NCBI GenBank assembly: GCA_045837725.1 | Contig: JBEWZL010000084.1 | Location: forward strand, 62,001 to 126,000 | Source: Vermamoeba vermiformis | Taxonomy: Eukaryota | DNA length: 64,000 nucleotides | Reading direction: 5' to 3' | Shown: one piece after another, positions 40,590-53,321 of the stretch | Layout of the letters: each line of letters opens with the position of its first letter | How positions within the stretch are numbered: the stretch's first letter is position 1 | The notes under the pieces: model-generated | Database searches by the model: none | The model's input: only the letters and a program-made list of their open reading frames with translations | Told to the model about the DNA's origin: nothing | Made by a program: the position numbers and the translations under genes

Positions 40590-42577
40590 ATGAACTCGAA
40601 TTTTTTTAAAGTGTAAGTTCTATCAAACAGTTAATAATAATAATAACCGCTTTGGAGATCCGAATCTAATTTTACCGTTGCAAAAAAATTTGAAATCAGC
40701 AATTTTTCATTTGCAATTTAGTTTCCGAAATATTTAACCCTATAAAATCATTCTAAAATATTCGCTTTTTAATTTATTTGCAAGTAATTTATCCACAAAT
40801 TTTAGTGAAGAGCACTGCGCAATATGCTCCAAAGCACCAAATGGCGACGCGAGTACCTTTATAAAATATCTCAACAAGCCAGCTTCCGTTCTTGAAGCAG
40901 TCGAAATGTTTGGCAAACTGGTAGAGCGTTATGCACCTCATGTGGGAGCAATTCTTAGCAAAAACGGAAGGCATGTGGCTTCGTGTTATGCAGCTTCACC
41001 TCACGTATTATTTACAAGCTTTCATTGCACATTTTACTTATGCCCTGGTGATTTCAACCGCGAATGTCTTCATTGCTTGGCAAAACAACCAAAGACGCAA
41101 AAGACTGATACGGACCACAATTCAATGATGGGTCTACTGCTAAGCTATTAGATGTGCTAGCAAATGAACTTGAAAGACCCATTATTGTGTTTACAACAAA
41201 GAATGTTATACGGAAAATCTTCAATGGACAGATCAGAATGGAGACAGACACTTGGTAAGTTAAATATGTGGGGCTTTATTTTGATTAAACAAATCCAAAT
41301 AAATGACAAAAACTAATGCTTCTATTTTAGGAAAAAATATGTCTTGGACTGTGTTGATGAAGTACACTAAGATACTCAAACATCTAACAACTTTTTGGTA
41401 GTTGATTTTTTTGCCCTTAGAAAGATCTAAGTCCTTGGGTGCACCTCTGATGATCAACATTAAAAGCAAGAAAAGAAATTGTGCAGTGCTCTCACAATCC
41501 GGTATTGTACAGACTCAAAAGTTCCATTTCCTTGTTAACCCTTGCAGGTACTTGCCACAACTGGGCTGAAATAGTTGCTCAGTGTATAACTTTTCAACTT
41601 GGGTACACAACAGATGATATCTTAAACCATTATTTTGGTTGTCCCTATGAATTGATTTTTTCTGATATTCGAAAAGATTCTTTTCCTACAAAATTACCAT
41701 GGATCATTACAACAGAAAATACAATCAGACATAGCAACATCACTATTTTTGAGGCAAACTATTTGAGTACATTCTTCAATTCATACAACGAAAGAATTGC
41801 ACGTCTTGCCACTATTGACCCTAAGACTGGAGAAAAGAATCACCAAGATGGCCCATTGGATTCAATGGATTGTAAACTTTTAGATGTTGATACTTGATGG
41901 ATGGATCTTCCAATGAATTTTAAGTATTTGATTCCAGCTTTAGAGCACCAACGCTCCAAGCGTAATATTCTGTTAATTGGCTATGCTGGATTGGCACAAG
42001 GGGCAGACATCCTTGGAAGCTATGCTGGTCAATTTAAAGATCAGGAAGCAACTATCCATACTGTGTCTTTGTTCATGTGCCCAAATCAAAAAACTGTGGG
42101 ATATGGAATAGCAGAACTCTCTTCTATTATTAACGTCCATAATCCTCTTCCAATAATTGGCTTTCATTCAGTATCAGCAGTGAAGGGAATGTCAGGGTCC
42201 CTTATTATAGATAGAGATACTGGAGAGTGGTTGGGAACCCGTGAGTGTCCTTATTTTTTCTTCTTATATACTGACCCACTACTTTAGATGCAGGAGTAGC
42301 AACTCCAAGGGAAGGGCTTAACAGGAATTATTTTATCACCGTATGGAATCCACAAATTATAGCAGAATATGCCTCATTTGTGGTCCCTGCAATGCTGGAA
42401 GATGCTCAAATTTCCCTCAAAGAGCTGAAAACATTGAAACAATACTTTGAAATAATCAACTCCTACCCATCCCCTGCTTTATCAGACTTGAATCTGAAAG
42501 CTCTTGAGAAGAGAATTGAGCATAAAATAACAGCCCTACAAAAGGCTAGACAACAAGAACTTAACTCTATGTTGTAA
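40590..42577 (+). pseudogene. Trypsin-like (PA clan) serine protease gene with in-frame TGA stops
   Basis: Spliced frame contains LFTSFHC and TCHN (His motifs), DCKLL (Asp), GMSGS (Ser) and WLGTHAG. TGA at 41895-41897, and probably at 41106-41108 depending on the intron model. Confidence 0.65.
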
Positions 42578-42879
42578 ATCCAATTTTTCACAGCTTGGTC
42601 AAGCTGCTCCTGGATAATTCTGCTTTATAACCAAATATGTATATTTGTACTTATTCAATAAACAAAACAATTTCAAGCACATCTCTGTTTAACAGACCTG
42701 CACACCAGTGCCGAACTTGGAGGCTCTAATGAGCGAGAGTCAATGTAAGTGCAAGAACCATCATTTGAGGTGAAGAGTTGTGCAACACAAGATTTACAAC
42801 TCTGTGGACAAGCTGATTAGCAACTGTGGAAGACAGTTCATATCTTAACTGCATTAAGGTTTATTTTGACATCACATAA

Positions 42880-44272
42880 TTAATTAAATTGCTTTAAAAT
42901 TACTGACTTTTTCTTATCAGTATTTTTTGTTGTGGTATGTTTTTGAATAGATGAATTATATTGGATTATTCTTCTTCTATTGGATGCTTGGGGAATTATG
43001 TCGTCAAGTTTGTACCCATGGACTTGCAGGTATGCGCTAATGCTCTTGCAATTTCTCCTCAAAAAGTCTTTCGCATGTTTGTGGAGGTCAGGAATGATCG
43101 TCTCAACGTAGTACTGAACGAATCTTGGGTGATGCACACTCACGAAATAGTTGTAATCTACTCCTGGTTCACCTTTGAAATATTGATGTACGCCTGCAAC
43201 ATCTGAAGGACATTAATGATTTGCAGATAAGTAGGTTTAACTTACGAATGCCAATCAATTCACAGGGATATTGCATCGAGACAATTGCGCAACCTTCCAT
43301 TCCTGCCACTGCACCACATGTATGAAGGCCAACTATCGGAGGGTTGCTGGATTCAAGACCGTCTTCGAACAGTTTGAATTTCACTGTTCCGGGCTTGAGG
43401 ACCTTTCTATCGCCTGGAAATACTTGTTGGTACTCCTCTTCCGTGTCTTCAAGCGATGGATATGCAAAGATGAACGCCTCGCTGTTGTGCAAGTCCCATG
43501 TTTTGGATGTTGGCAAGAAAAAAGTTTGTGTGGATTTAATCAGGTTATTTCGGAATATGAGAAACGCGAGATCATTCTGCTGATTGTCGTCGCTCAAAGT
43601 GAGGTTGTGGACATCGCGGTCTTTGTACATCCAATTCTTGAGGTGCTCGTAATTGTAGTAGAAGTCATAATCAAACTGTCCAATGATTAGAATGGCAATT
43701 ATAATTCGTATATTACCTTTATTCGCGTTGTGGAATTATTGGTGCCTACAGCAAATTTCAATTAGATCAACTTAAAGAAGAAGTTTCGTACCTAAAGATG
43801 TTGCTGTTGCATATTGACGGGGCCAATTCTGTGCATTCAGCAACGCTAGAGTGGAAGTTAAGCTCATCACACCGTAGCTAGGTGATAACCTCAGCATTGT
43901 CGTTCGCGGTTCGGCGCGGATTTGCAGAACACTCGGCGCCAAGCGCTGCAATTCATCTGGAGAGACAATGTTCAATAAAAATGGTGGTACTGTCCCTTCT
44001 GTAAATGGGACAGCGCTTTGATCCAAGCTATTTTTGAAGTCACTCGAATATCTGAAAAAATAAATAAATTAAATAAATTCTTAGTAATTAGCATAAATTG
44101 GGTACCTAAATATTAACATCTCGTGAAACTTGGGTTCAAATTCCCTCTCAAATTCCTTTGGATCGAGGGGAAGTTGTTTGTGTATCGGGTTTGTCGGCTT
44201 TCCCATTTTACAAAAGGGAATGTGGGGCTTGAGATCAACATAATTAAGGTCAATCGTTGGTATGTCGGCCAT
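42880..44272 (-). CDS. Trypsin-like protease homologue lacking the catalytic Ser (pseudoprotease)
   Basis: NDLAFL, IFAYP, GLHTCGAVAGMEGCAIV, LIGIHVAG and NYFVSVHHPRFVQYY, collinear with the neighbouring protease. Confidence 0.65.
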
Positions 44273-44369
44273 TAGTAGTGTGGTCGTTCGTTCTACAATT
44301 TTTTAAAAATACTCGAAAGAGAATAACAACAACAGTATCGGCCCGTACAACGTGCACGTCTTATTGAAT

Positions 44370-46122
44370 ATGGAACACATCGCCGATACACATATATTAT
44401 CGTTACCAAAGGACGTTCAACGGCTGATCTTTGACCTGCTTCCTCTTCGAGTCTTAATAAGGTCAGTTTAATTTCAAATATTATTTAAATATTACAATAA
44501 TATTTTTAAACGATATATTATACATATACTATGCATATTTATGCTATTAGAAGCGCAAATAAAATTAAATGAAAATTTATTCTTATTTTTTTCAGTTCAC
44601 AACAAGTGTGCACGCAATGGAATAACGAACTGCTCTCATCGTTGAAGAAAATGACCATCAATGACTCAAGAATAAACGGAGAAGTGTTTGCAAAAATCGT
44701 TTCAAAACTGTCACCAGTGCATTTCAAACATGTGAAACTCGGAGCAGAAGCATTCATTTGGGACTTGTCACCACTGTTCAGAATCACTCACTTGGCATCA
44801 CTCGACATTCACAGCTCACCATCACTGTCGTCATCAGCATTCGTGCGTGCAGTGTCGTGTTTGACATCGTTGAAAAGCATTCGTGTCTCGCGCTCCCTGA
44901 TCACTCCTCGTCAAGCACTTCCTGCCATTGTCAAACACTTGCCTCAACTCATTGAACTCAAACTGTCGTACTTTGAAGATGACATTGACGCCGCTGACTT
45001 GCATCGCGTAACGAACTTGACAAATTTGGCAACTCTGTCGTTGGAATGCAAGCAACTTTCACTCGACGACAACTTTATGCTCGCAGTATGTTCGTCACTG
45101 ACAAAGCTCGAATCACTTCAACTCAACTACACGACTTGCTCGGAGTCACTTTCAGCGCTGTCTCGATTGAAGATGATGACCAGATTGATCATTCCTCAAG
45201 GCTACTTTGCAGCCACAACTCCGTCAGTTCTACCACCAGGACTGCAACACATTGAAGCAAAATTCTCCGATAAGAGTATACATGCGTTGGTATCGCATTG
45301 CAATCATTTAACGTACCTCGACATCGGTCCTTGTCCTCCACCAGCAAAACTCACGGATGCAGCCTTCATCGCTGTGATGAGCTTGCAAAATCTACAGTCA
45401 CTGAACCTTCAATTTGACGTTTCTGATGAATTATTGCGATCAAAACTGCAATGCCTTTCGACGGTCAAATATTTAGGATTGACTTATAATAACGCAGTAA
45501 GTAGCCGATCGGATCGGATAAAATCTGATCAGCTAAAAAGTCCGCATTTATATCAAGATTTAACTTCTTTTTATGCTAGGTATGTGTAGAAGTCTTCGAT
45601 TTGAGGAAAAACATGCCCAATATAATACATATTGGCTACACAACGGATGCAGAACCGAATCATCAAGGCGACATCCAAACCATTGGCGAGACATTGTTTC
45701 CGATCATTAAAGAACGAATAGAGAATATTGGATATGGCACTATCGATCAACTAGCGAATAAAGTTACAGGAATGCTATTGGATCTGGATCTGGCCGAGCT
45801 AAATGAATTAGCTACCAACCATGACGCGTTGTTTGGTCGAGTTAATGAAGCGTTGGGAGTACTTGGATATGATACCCAACAGAATATTATTAACGTGAAT
45901 AACGAGGATGAAGAAATTCAAAATTTAAAAGTGATTATTTTGAACGCTACAAATCAGTACTTAGAGGAAGAAAATGAAGACGTGGAATTCGCAGAAAAAA
46001 TCACCGATATTATATTGCAAACGACGCACGTAGTAAGTCTGAGATCCACAGTTAAAGTTGACTCAAGTCTGCGAGCACTCATCAAAGACACCTTGCAGAC
46101 TAAAATTCGTCAAAAACAGTAA
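44370..46122 (+). CDS. F-box + LRR + tandem MLLE/PABC domain protein
   Basis: F-box nearly identical to the 31623 gene; LRR exon; IGETLFPII...ANKVTGMLLDLDLAEL...RVNEALGVL, plus a degenerate second copy (FAEKITDIILQ). Confidence 0.85.
44385..45265 (+). repeat. Inverted duplication, copy B; partner at 30745-31615
   Basis: Same evidence as copy A; blocks of near-identity separated by a diverged block. Confidence 0.9.
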
Positions 46123-46242
46123 TAAACCTAAATGCCTTTGTATTTCAATATAAATTTCAATATTTTTCCGCGTGTCACGGTCAAGTCAAAATAATAAAGT
46201 GGCCTCGTTTAATCACCAAAACGCAAACAATCCAATAGCTAT

Positions 46243-49200
46243 TTACATAAAATCTTCACCGCTTTCATCATCGCTGTCAATTTGCTGCGGAATGTTAATA
46301 AATCGCAATTTAAAGCCTGATTTGGTCGGACTAGTCGAGGAAGACCCTTTGCTCGGTGAAGTCAGAATGCTGTTCGTGTTGTTATTGATAGCACTCGATG
46401 AGGGACTGCTGAACATGTTCTTGAATGTGTTGCTCATAATAGCCTTGGTCTCGAGTTCCATGGCTCGTTCAGCAATTTGTTTTTCAACTTCACTTTCACC
46501 AACAACGTCCTGAAAAGCATAAAAATTAATAAATTGTTCTTTCCTTATTTGGAAATATTTTACGCACGGTATTCAAATGGCTATACACAACACCGTTCTC
46601 ACGCAACACTTCTTCGATGTCTTTATGAGACCGAATCGATGAGCTAGGTGCTGTGCTTGGTGCTAAAAATAGCAGGTCAGATACACTTGCCATAAAAGCA
46701 AATTAAGTCACGAGCTTTGTACCTTGCAACTGTTTTCGTGTCTCTTCAATGCCTTCATCATCGTCAATGTCGTGCGATATGATAACGGATCCGAGTTCAT
46801 TCTCGTCATCTCCTTCAGCTTTGACTTGATTGTTGTGCTCGTCGTTAGTGTTGTTAGTCTTGGCTATTTTGTAGAACATTTCTTTGCGCTCCGTTCTCTC
46901 GATGATTTCTACCAGGAAAATATTAGCGACAAATTAAATTTTTAAAAAATTTTTCGGACGTACCATTGGTTAGCACGGATTCAGTGTGCAATTTGAACAA
47001 ATTTGCAAGGCCGAAAATTTCACCCTCTTGGCCTTTAACGCCAGCCACGCCCTTGAAATATCTTCGTTCGGTGTTGCCGTGAAGCCCGATGTTAGCCAAT
47101 TGTTGTTTGTAGATCTGTCTGTTGTACGTCATTTCTTCGATTGTGCCTGCAGTCACTAAGCGGTATATTTGCGTGAATTTCTTTTGACCAATCCTGTACG
47201 CTCGGTCTTGGGCCTGCAAATCCAACGTGACATTCCCTAGCACGTGACGAATTAGTATACCGTTCAGTGAAACGCGATGAGTGGTATACTTACAATTAGG
47301 ATCGAATATGACAACGATATTTGCAGCTGAATGAAAATGTTAAAAGGAGTGCACCCAAAGTGACAGGTGTCAACTTACATGTCAAATTGAGGCCTAGACC
47401 GCAAGCCTTTGTGCTGACCAGAAACACGAACTGTGTCCGACTCTTGCTGAAGATGTCTACCAATCTTTTTTAACCAAATTAGTATCTGCTGTAATGTCAT
47501 AAATGTTCATCGGACTAACCTTTGTCGTGCTGCCATTGGTGTATTTCCGTCAATGCGACTGAACTCGAAATTTTCACGACGAAGAAAACGCGCTAGAATA
47601 CTAAAGTTCATTTAGTTAGTAGTGCTTTCAGTGAACGAAAGATTCATGAACGAAGTACGTACTCCATCATCTTGGTCGAATAAGAAAACAACAGAACTTT
47701 GTGACCTTCTTCGCGCCAGATTGGCAGCAGTGATTTCAGCACGCGTAACTTGCCGCAAATTTCCGTGTCATTGCCATTCCTAAAAAGGAAATTAGTCTAC
47801 CATTTCTAACCTCTTGTATAACCGTACTTGATAGCTTCTTTGATCGTATTTACATCTTCGCCAAAAGCGAGTTTTGCGAATTTCAAATCGCCTTTTGTTT
47901 TGTTCTCGTCTTCGCTCTTTTTCTTGGGCACTAACAGTGACAAATGATTCGACATTTTCTGCAGTCTAGTAATAGCAGGGAGTACTATAACATATATTAG
48001 TATTATAAAGATGTATGATATGATGGGATAAGTACCTATTGATTTCCAGTTCTTGCCGTCGGTCAGATCCGATTTGTGACAACATTGTACGGCCAATTGT
48101 CCCGAGCCACATTCACACGGAGAACATTTGCGGCGGAGTAATTGATAGTCCGGACTTTCTATCACTCGTTTGTAGCATCGCAGCTGCACATCCGTCGGGG
48201 CACAAAACACGACGTTGTCTTCTTTTCCAGGTAACTAGAGCAATTCTATGTCAGGACAAAAAACTTCCTAATTAGGAAATAACATACCTCGTGTGCAATA
48301 ATAGCCTTCGTACGGCGCAAAATAATTCGTTTCAACCTGTGAAAGAATTGTAAAAACTTGTTTGACTTGCCATATTTGGTAATACGTACTTCTCAGCCAA
48401 GCTCTTCGAAGCGATTCTTCCACGTGCAATTTGACCGCCAGTGGCATCATGCACGTGACCATTCTTAATCGGGCCGATGTATTGTTTTCTGAAGTGGTCT
48501 AAACTGCCCAAGAAACCGGTACAATGAAAATCGATCAAAGTCCACAACTCTTCGAATGAATTCTGCATCACTGTGCCTGTCAGTCCAAATCTTCTACGAG
48601 TCCTTATTCTTTTGCATAGCTGCGTCAATTTTGACTGTTTGTTCTTGATTTTGTGAACCTAAGAAATTTCTGGTCAGATCCGCCTTAACAATTATCAACT
48701 GCGACCAAATTACCTCATCAAATATCATACAACACCAATCAATAACATTAATGTCGTTGAAATTTGTCCTGAAAGTCTCGTAGCTAGTCAACATGACATC
48801 TAACTTGTCTGATTTCACTAACGATAAGGCCACTAGAAACCAACAATAAGAACCACAATATATATGTTATATTATAATTAATGTGAACCGTACTTGATCT
48901 GTCTTTGCCGTGAAAAATCATCACTCGCAAGCGACACCACTTTGTGAACTCTTTGTTCCAGTTCTCGAGCACTGACGCGGGACAAATGATCAGCACTGGC
49001 TGCTTCGTGACACCTTTGTAATCTTTGTCGCTAATCGAGGTCTTGTTTGTGTTCGTCGCTTGAGTCACTGTTGGCTCGTTCTCTGAATCGTCAATAACAA
49101 TCGGATTATTTTCGGTGACTTCTTCGTTATTGAACAAATCACTCGATGGCTCGCGACTCGAATTCTCCTTATTTGAAGATTTGTTCTTTGGATTGAAAAA

Positions 49201-50468
49201 GAACGTTGATTGTGATTCTTTGGCGCCTTTCAGTGCTGAAATGAAGGCAATCGCTTGAATAGTTTTGCCAAGACCCATGTCTAGGATCCTTATTATTAAC
49301 GTTTGTTTATACAGTATTATTTTACACGTACCGTCTGCTAGAATGCCGCCTCTGTTCTCTTTGTATAATGTGTACAAAAACAAGGCCCCGATCCGCTGGT
49401 ACGGCCGAAGATTCTTGTTGATAAACGCTGGAATCTAATAGATGTTAAATGATGTAGCCTATATATACAATATGACTGTGCACTTACTTGTACGATAGGC
49501 TGTTCACCAGGATTCAACACAAAAGGTTGCGCGACCACATCGTCGGGCATAGTTGCATCGTCGTGTCCTTGGCTATTACTTTCAAGAATCATGCGCTGAT
49601 TGGTTGCAGTTGTTTGCCTTGCCAACTCCTCAAAGTCCTCAGATTGTACCTCACGAGCATCAATACTGAGTGTGGCTTTTGGGCTGACATTCGACGTTGG
49701 CACCAGATCTTCTTCGAACTCGTTGACTTCATCTGCGACAGAAAGCAAATGCGCGTTGTTTAGACGTGGACCTATTACATATTATATGACTATAGAGATC
49801 GATGAATAAGGTGAAGGGTACTGACCAACCGGATTTAAAGGATTCAGCAAAATTTCGTCGACCTGCCCGCCTTTCTTTGGCAACACAAAGGCTCTGTTTT
49901 TCGGATCTTCTTTTTCAACGACGAAATACTGATTAGGTTTTGCCTTGGCACTGCGACGAGTTTAGAAAGTTAGCTAGTGAGATCGCGCTTACCTGTTGTC
50001 GGATGTAAGCAATTTTGCTTGTTTTAATTTCTTTTGCTTAGGTTCTTCAATTTTATGGTCTAATTTCTGTCTTTTGTGCCTTCCACGAAGCAGATCGGCG
50101 TCTTCTAACGAAACCACGTTTCTCTTTCGTCCAATAATTTCAGGAATTTTTTTAGGCGCCGTATTTTCGTTGCTATCTTCATATTCATCTCTATTTTCCT
50201 CTTCTTCTAAATTTTGAATGGTTTGATTATTTTTAATTTCTGGAATTGGTTCTGCGGGTCTCGTTGACAAGCTTCGTAAGTGGGACAAATTTTGACGAAC
50301 TGTGCTGGAAAAATCCGATCGAAACATAGGCTTGGGATTATTATTTACAACGCTGACATCCTGCGTGTGGCGGATCATTTCGGGTTGGGATGGCGCCAAT
50401 TTTCGGAACGATATTTTCGTCCGCACCTTCGATTGCATAGGACTGTATTCTATAGAATCGTCATCCAT
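46243..50468 (-). CDS. ERCC6L2: SNF2-family ATPase, ERCC6L2-like
   Basis: GGILADDMGLGKTIQ, FDEVH, FGLTGTVMQNSFEELW, DLQAQDRAYRIGQ, and the C-terminal GVVYSHLN.DVVGESEVE motif resembling the ERCC6L2 VIGS region. Start codon is tentative. Confidence 0.85.
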
Positions 50469-50664
50469 GCCGAAGACTTGTGGTACTCTGCTTGATTTGT
50501 GTGACAAGATAAAAATTCCGAGAATTCAGTCGTGCTTACCCACGTGATCGTATTTACTGAACGGTTGCCAGGAAGGCCACGTTATGAAAGCAAGTTGTAA
50601 ATGTTAATTTAACTTGCGAAAAAATTGGCTATTGGTTTACTTCGTCGATGAAAATTGTTATTGA

Positions 50665-53146
50665 TTACAGTTGATTGTCCGTTTTTGCATACAAATAAAC
50701 ATTATTGCTAGAACCTACGGCAACGAGGTCCTCTTTAGGATGCCAGTTCACGTGCATTACCTAGAAAGCATGAAATCAGATCGGTTTTCAAACTTTAAAC
50801 GATCTGAAAAAAAAGTCCAAAACTCGCTTACCTTCTTAGTAAAATCGATACCACTCTCGTCGTAGGAATCATAGTCGTTTCGTCGAGACTTGCTTTTGGT
50901 ACCGATAGACGAAGCTCGTTTGCTTTTGTACAAAGTATTTCCATTGGGTCTGCTTGAAGGTTCGATTCTGTATAGGAAGTAATTTAGTATTGAATTAGTA
51001 GTACTGTTAGTATATATGGATAGTTACCTAGCGACTTCGATCTTAGTCGTCTTGTCGTACTGACAATCGATAACATTGAAGCTGTTGCTGTACGTGCCCG
51101 TGACCATGTATCTGCACGTGGTGTGAGGTTAGTAATTGTTGCAAACACACGCCACCTGTTTCCTAATATAGCAAGTGCCTACCTCGAAGAATGGCTAGCA
51201 GACGTCTCGAACTTGTCGAAAATGCAGTCGTTCTCGTACAGCTCGACTAGGCGGGTCTTCAAGTGATCGTGCACTTCGATCTTCTTGACAGGCTTAGCCT
51301 CCATATTGATGTCCCAGAGCTTCAAGGTCATGTAGTCACGTGATATCATGTAACGACCGTCCTTGCTGAACTTGACATCTGACACGGATGAAATGATCTC
51401 CGAGAAGAACGATCGAGACTTAAACTCGTCTGTGTCCATGAAGACCTTGGCACTGTTGTCGCACAATGCTTTTTGACGCATATCGGACAATTTCAAAAAG
51501 CCCTAAGTAAGATTCGGTCAGATACATCGAAACTTCCAAAAAAGGAAAATTCTATTTCTCGATTCGACGATTGTTTTCAATAATTACCTTGCTAGTACTA
51601 TACACAAATATATTACAATGTTGAGGATGACACTCCGAGCTCGTAATGACCTCGGTCAAGTCTTCCATATTCGCGGGTTTCATATCTACAAGAGCTGAGC
51701 ATTGGGTTAAGAAAAACGATCGATAAATATGCGGTAGACCCGTAGATGTATAATTAATACTATAAGGATACTAAACCCCTCGTTGGTGTTATTTAAGTTC
51801 CATAAAGTGACGCGCAAGTCGTCAGAAGAGACGAAGTTTTCAAGATCTGAGTTTAACGAGACAGAGTTGATGTGGAATGCGTGACCATTAGCATAAACGC
51901 GCTGAGGCTTGCATCTAATAGCAGGGTCTTTGCGAACGACTTTAGGAATTCGTAACTCGTCAGGCTGCCGAAAAACAAGTTAAAACTTTGTCGGCAACAG
52001 AAAAAGATCTGGATCTAACAGTACGAGCTTTGCTTAATTTTATGATATACCGGTCGTGCACAATAAGTAACGCCGTTTTATAATATTTGCTTACCGAGGA
52101 AGGGTTCGTCGATTCGTTATTTAAATTGGCTACAGTTTGCACTGTCGTCTCGCTAATGCGCCATAGCTTAATGGTTTTATCTAAATTTAGAAAATATTAT
52201 TTAGTACCGTTTGCCGTTTCTTAATTTTATAAAAATATCATCAGCAATCAACGATCGCGGATCACACACAGATTATTGGTAGTTCACAACGTAAAAGCTT
52301 TTAGTTTAATATGAATCTTATTTAAGATCGTTAATGAAGTGTTTTTAATGCATTATGATTGTTCAATTTACGTGCGATGAATAAAAAAGTGACTCGTGTC
52401 AAATTACGGATGTAAATGTCAACTCCAATTTGCGTTAATTTAGCTATTCGAATGCTGATTAAACTTACCGTTCGTGGACAATAAGAAGTTGCCTCGATAC
52501 TGCTTAGGAAGCCACCTGATCTTGTTGATTTTCTCTTCTATTTCGACACTTTTTAAATAGTCAAACTCAGCCTCATGGCTCTGAAATTCACACCACAAGC
52601 TGAACAAAGGCTTTCCGTGATCTCCCTATTAAATTAGGTATTTTAGTTATTTTCAAAAGATTTTTTTTGCTTGAATACGAGTTTCGATTGAATCTAATAT
52701 TTCAAGTTGATAATTGCGATGCTAGGCCAGCCAAAAGAGTTTAAATATGGTGTATATTAACTTATCGGTATTGAATGCGCTATCAGCTTTTGATATGTCA
52801 TTGAAAAAAATAGATTCAGAAGGAATATTGAAAATTGTTTTGAATTAATGGCGCCGCCATAGCATGGTGCCATGCGTAATTTTGTTAATACTCATCATTA
52901 CTTGTTGGTCTGTTTTTTTCAGCAAAACTATCCGTCCTCCTCTGTCACCAATAGCAAGCAGATCTCCTGTTTTATCGAACTCTATTGTTGAAATGGCATC
53001 GACTAATTGCATAAAATTATGAAATTAGTATTTAGCAAATTAAAATACGGTTAACAAGCCAGGTTATTACCATCTGGCGCTGCATCAAGATTTGATGGGC
53101 CACCAAATACTTGTGAAAACTTCCAGTCAGTGCCGCTATGGTCCAT
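50665..53146 (-). CDS. PPP2R2A: PP2A regulatory subunit B55
   Basis: [68 protein letters not shown]. Confidence 0.95.
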
Positions 53147-53321
53147 TAACGTCAAATTAAGCTCAAATTAACGTTAACTATGCATTCCAAGTTTAAATTT
53201 TGATTTTACAATCGTTTCACACCTGTAGATTTTCGCGCAACAAGTTTGGCCCACTTTTTTTCCCTCTGTAATTGTTCCACTTCTGTCAAATAACATAATT
53301 ATATACCACACTTAAGCGACA

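Noticed and set aside
41895-41897. In-frame TGA as selenocysteine or a reassigned codon
   Set aside because: Other genes end in TGA, the context is not a redox motif, no SECIS was seen, and CpG decay explains it better.
26000-46200. Transposon or viral insertion as the cause of the accessory zone
   Set aside because: No transposase, reverse transcriptase, integrase or capsid motifs and no terminal repeats were recognised; the genes carry host-type introns.
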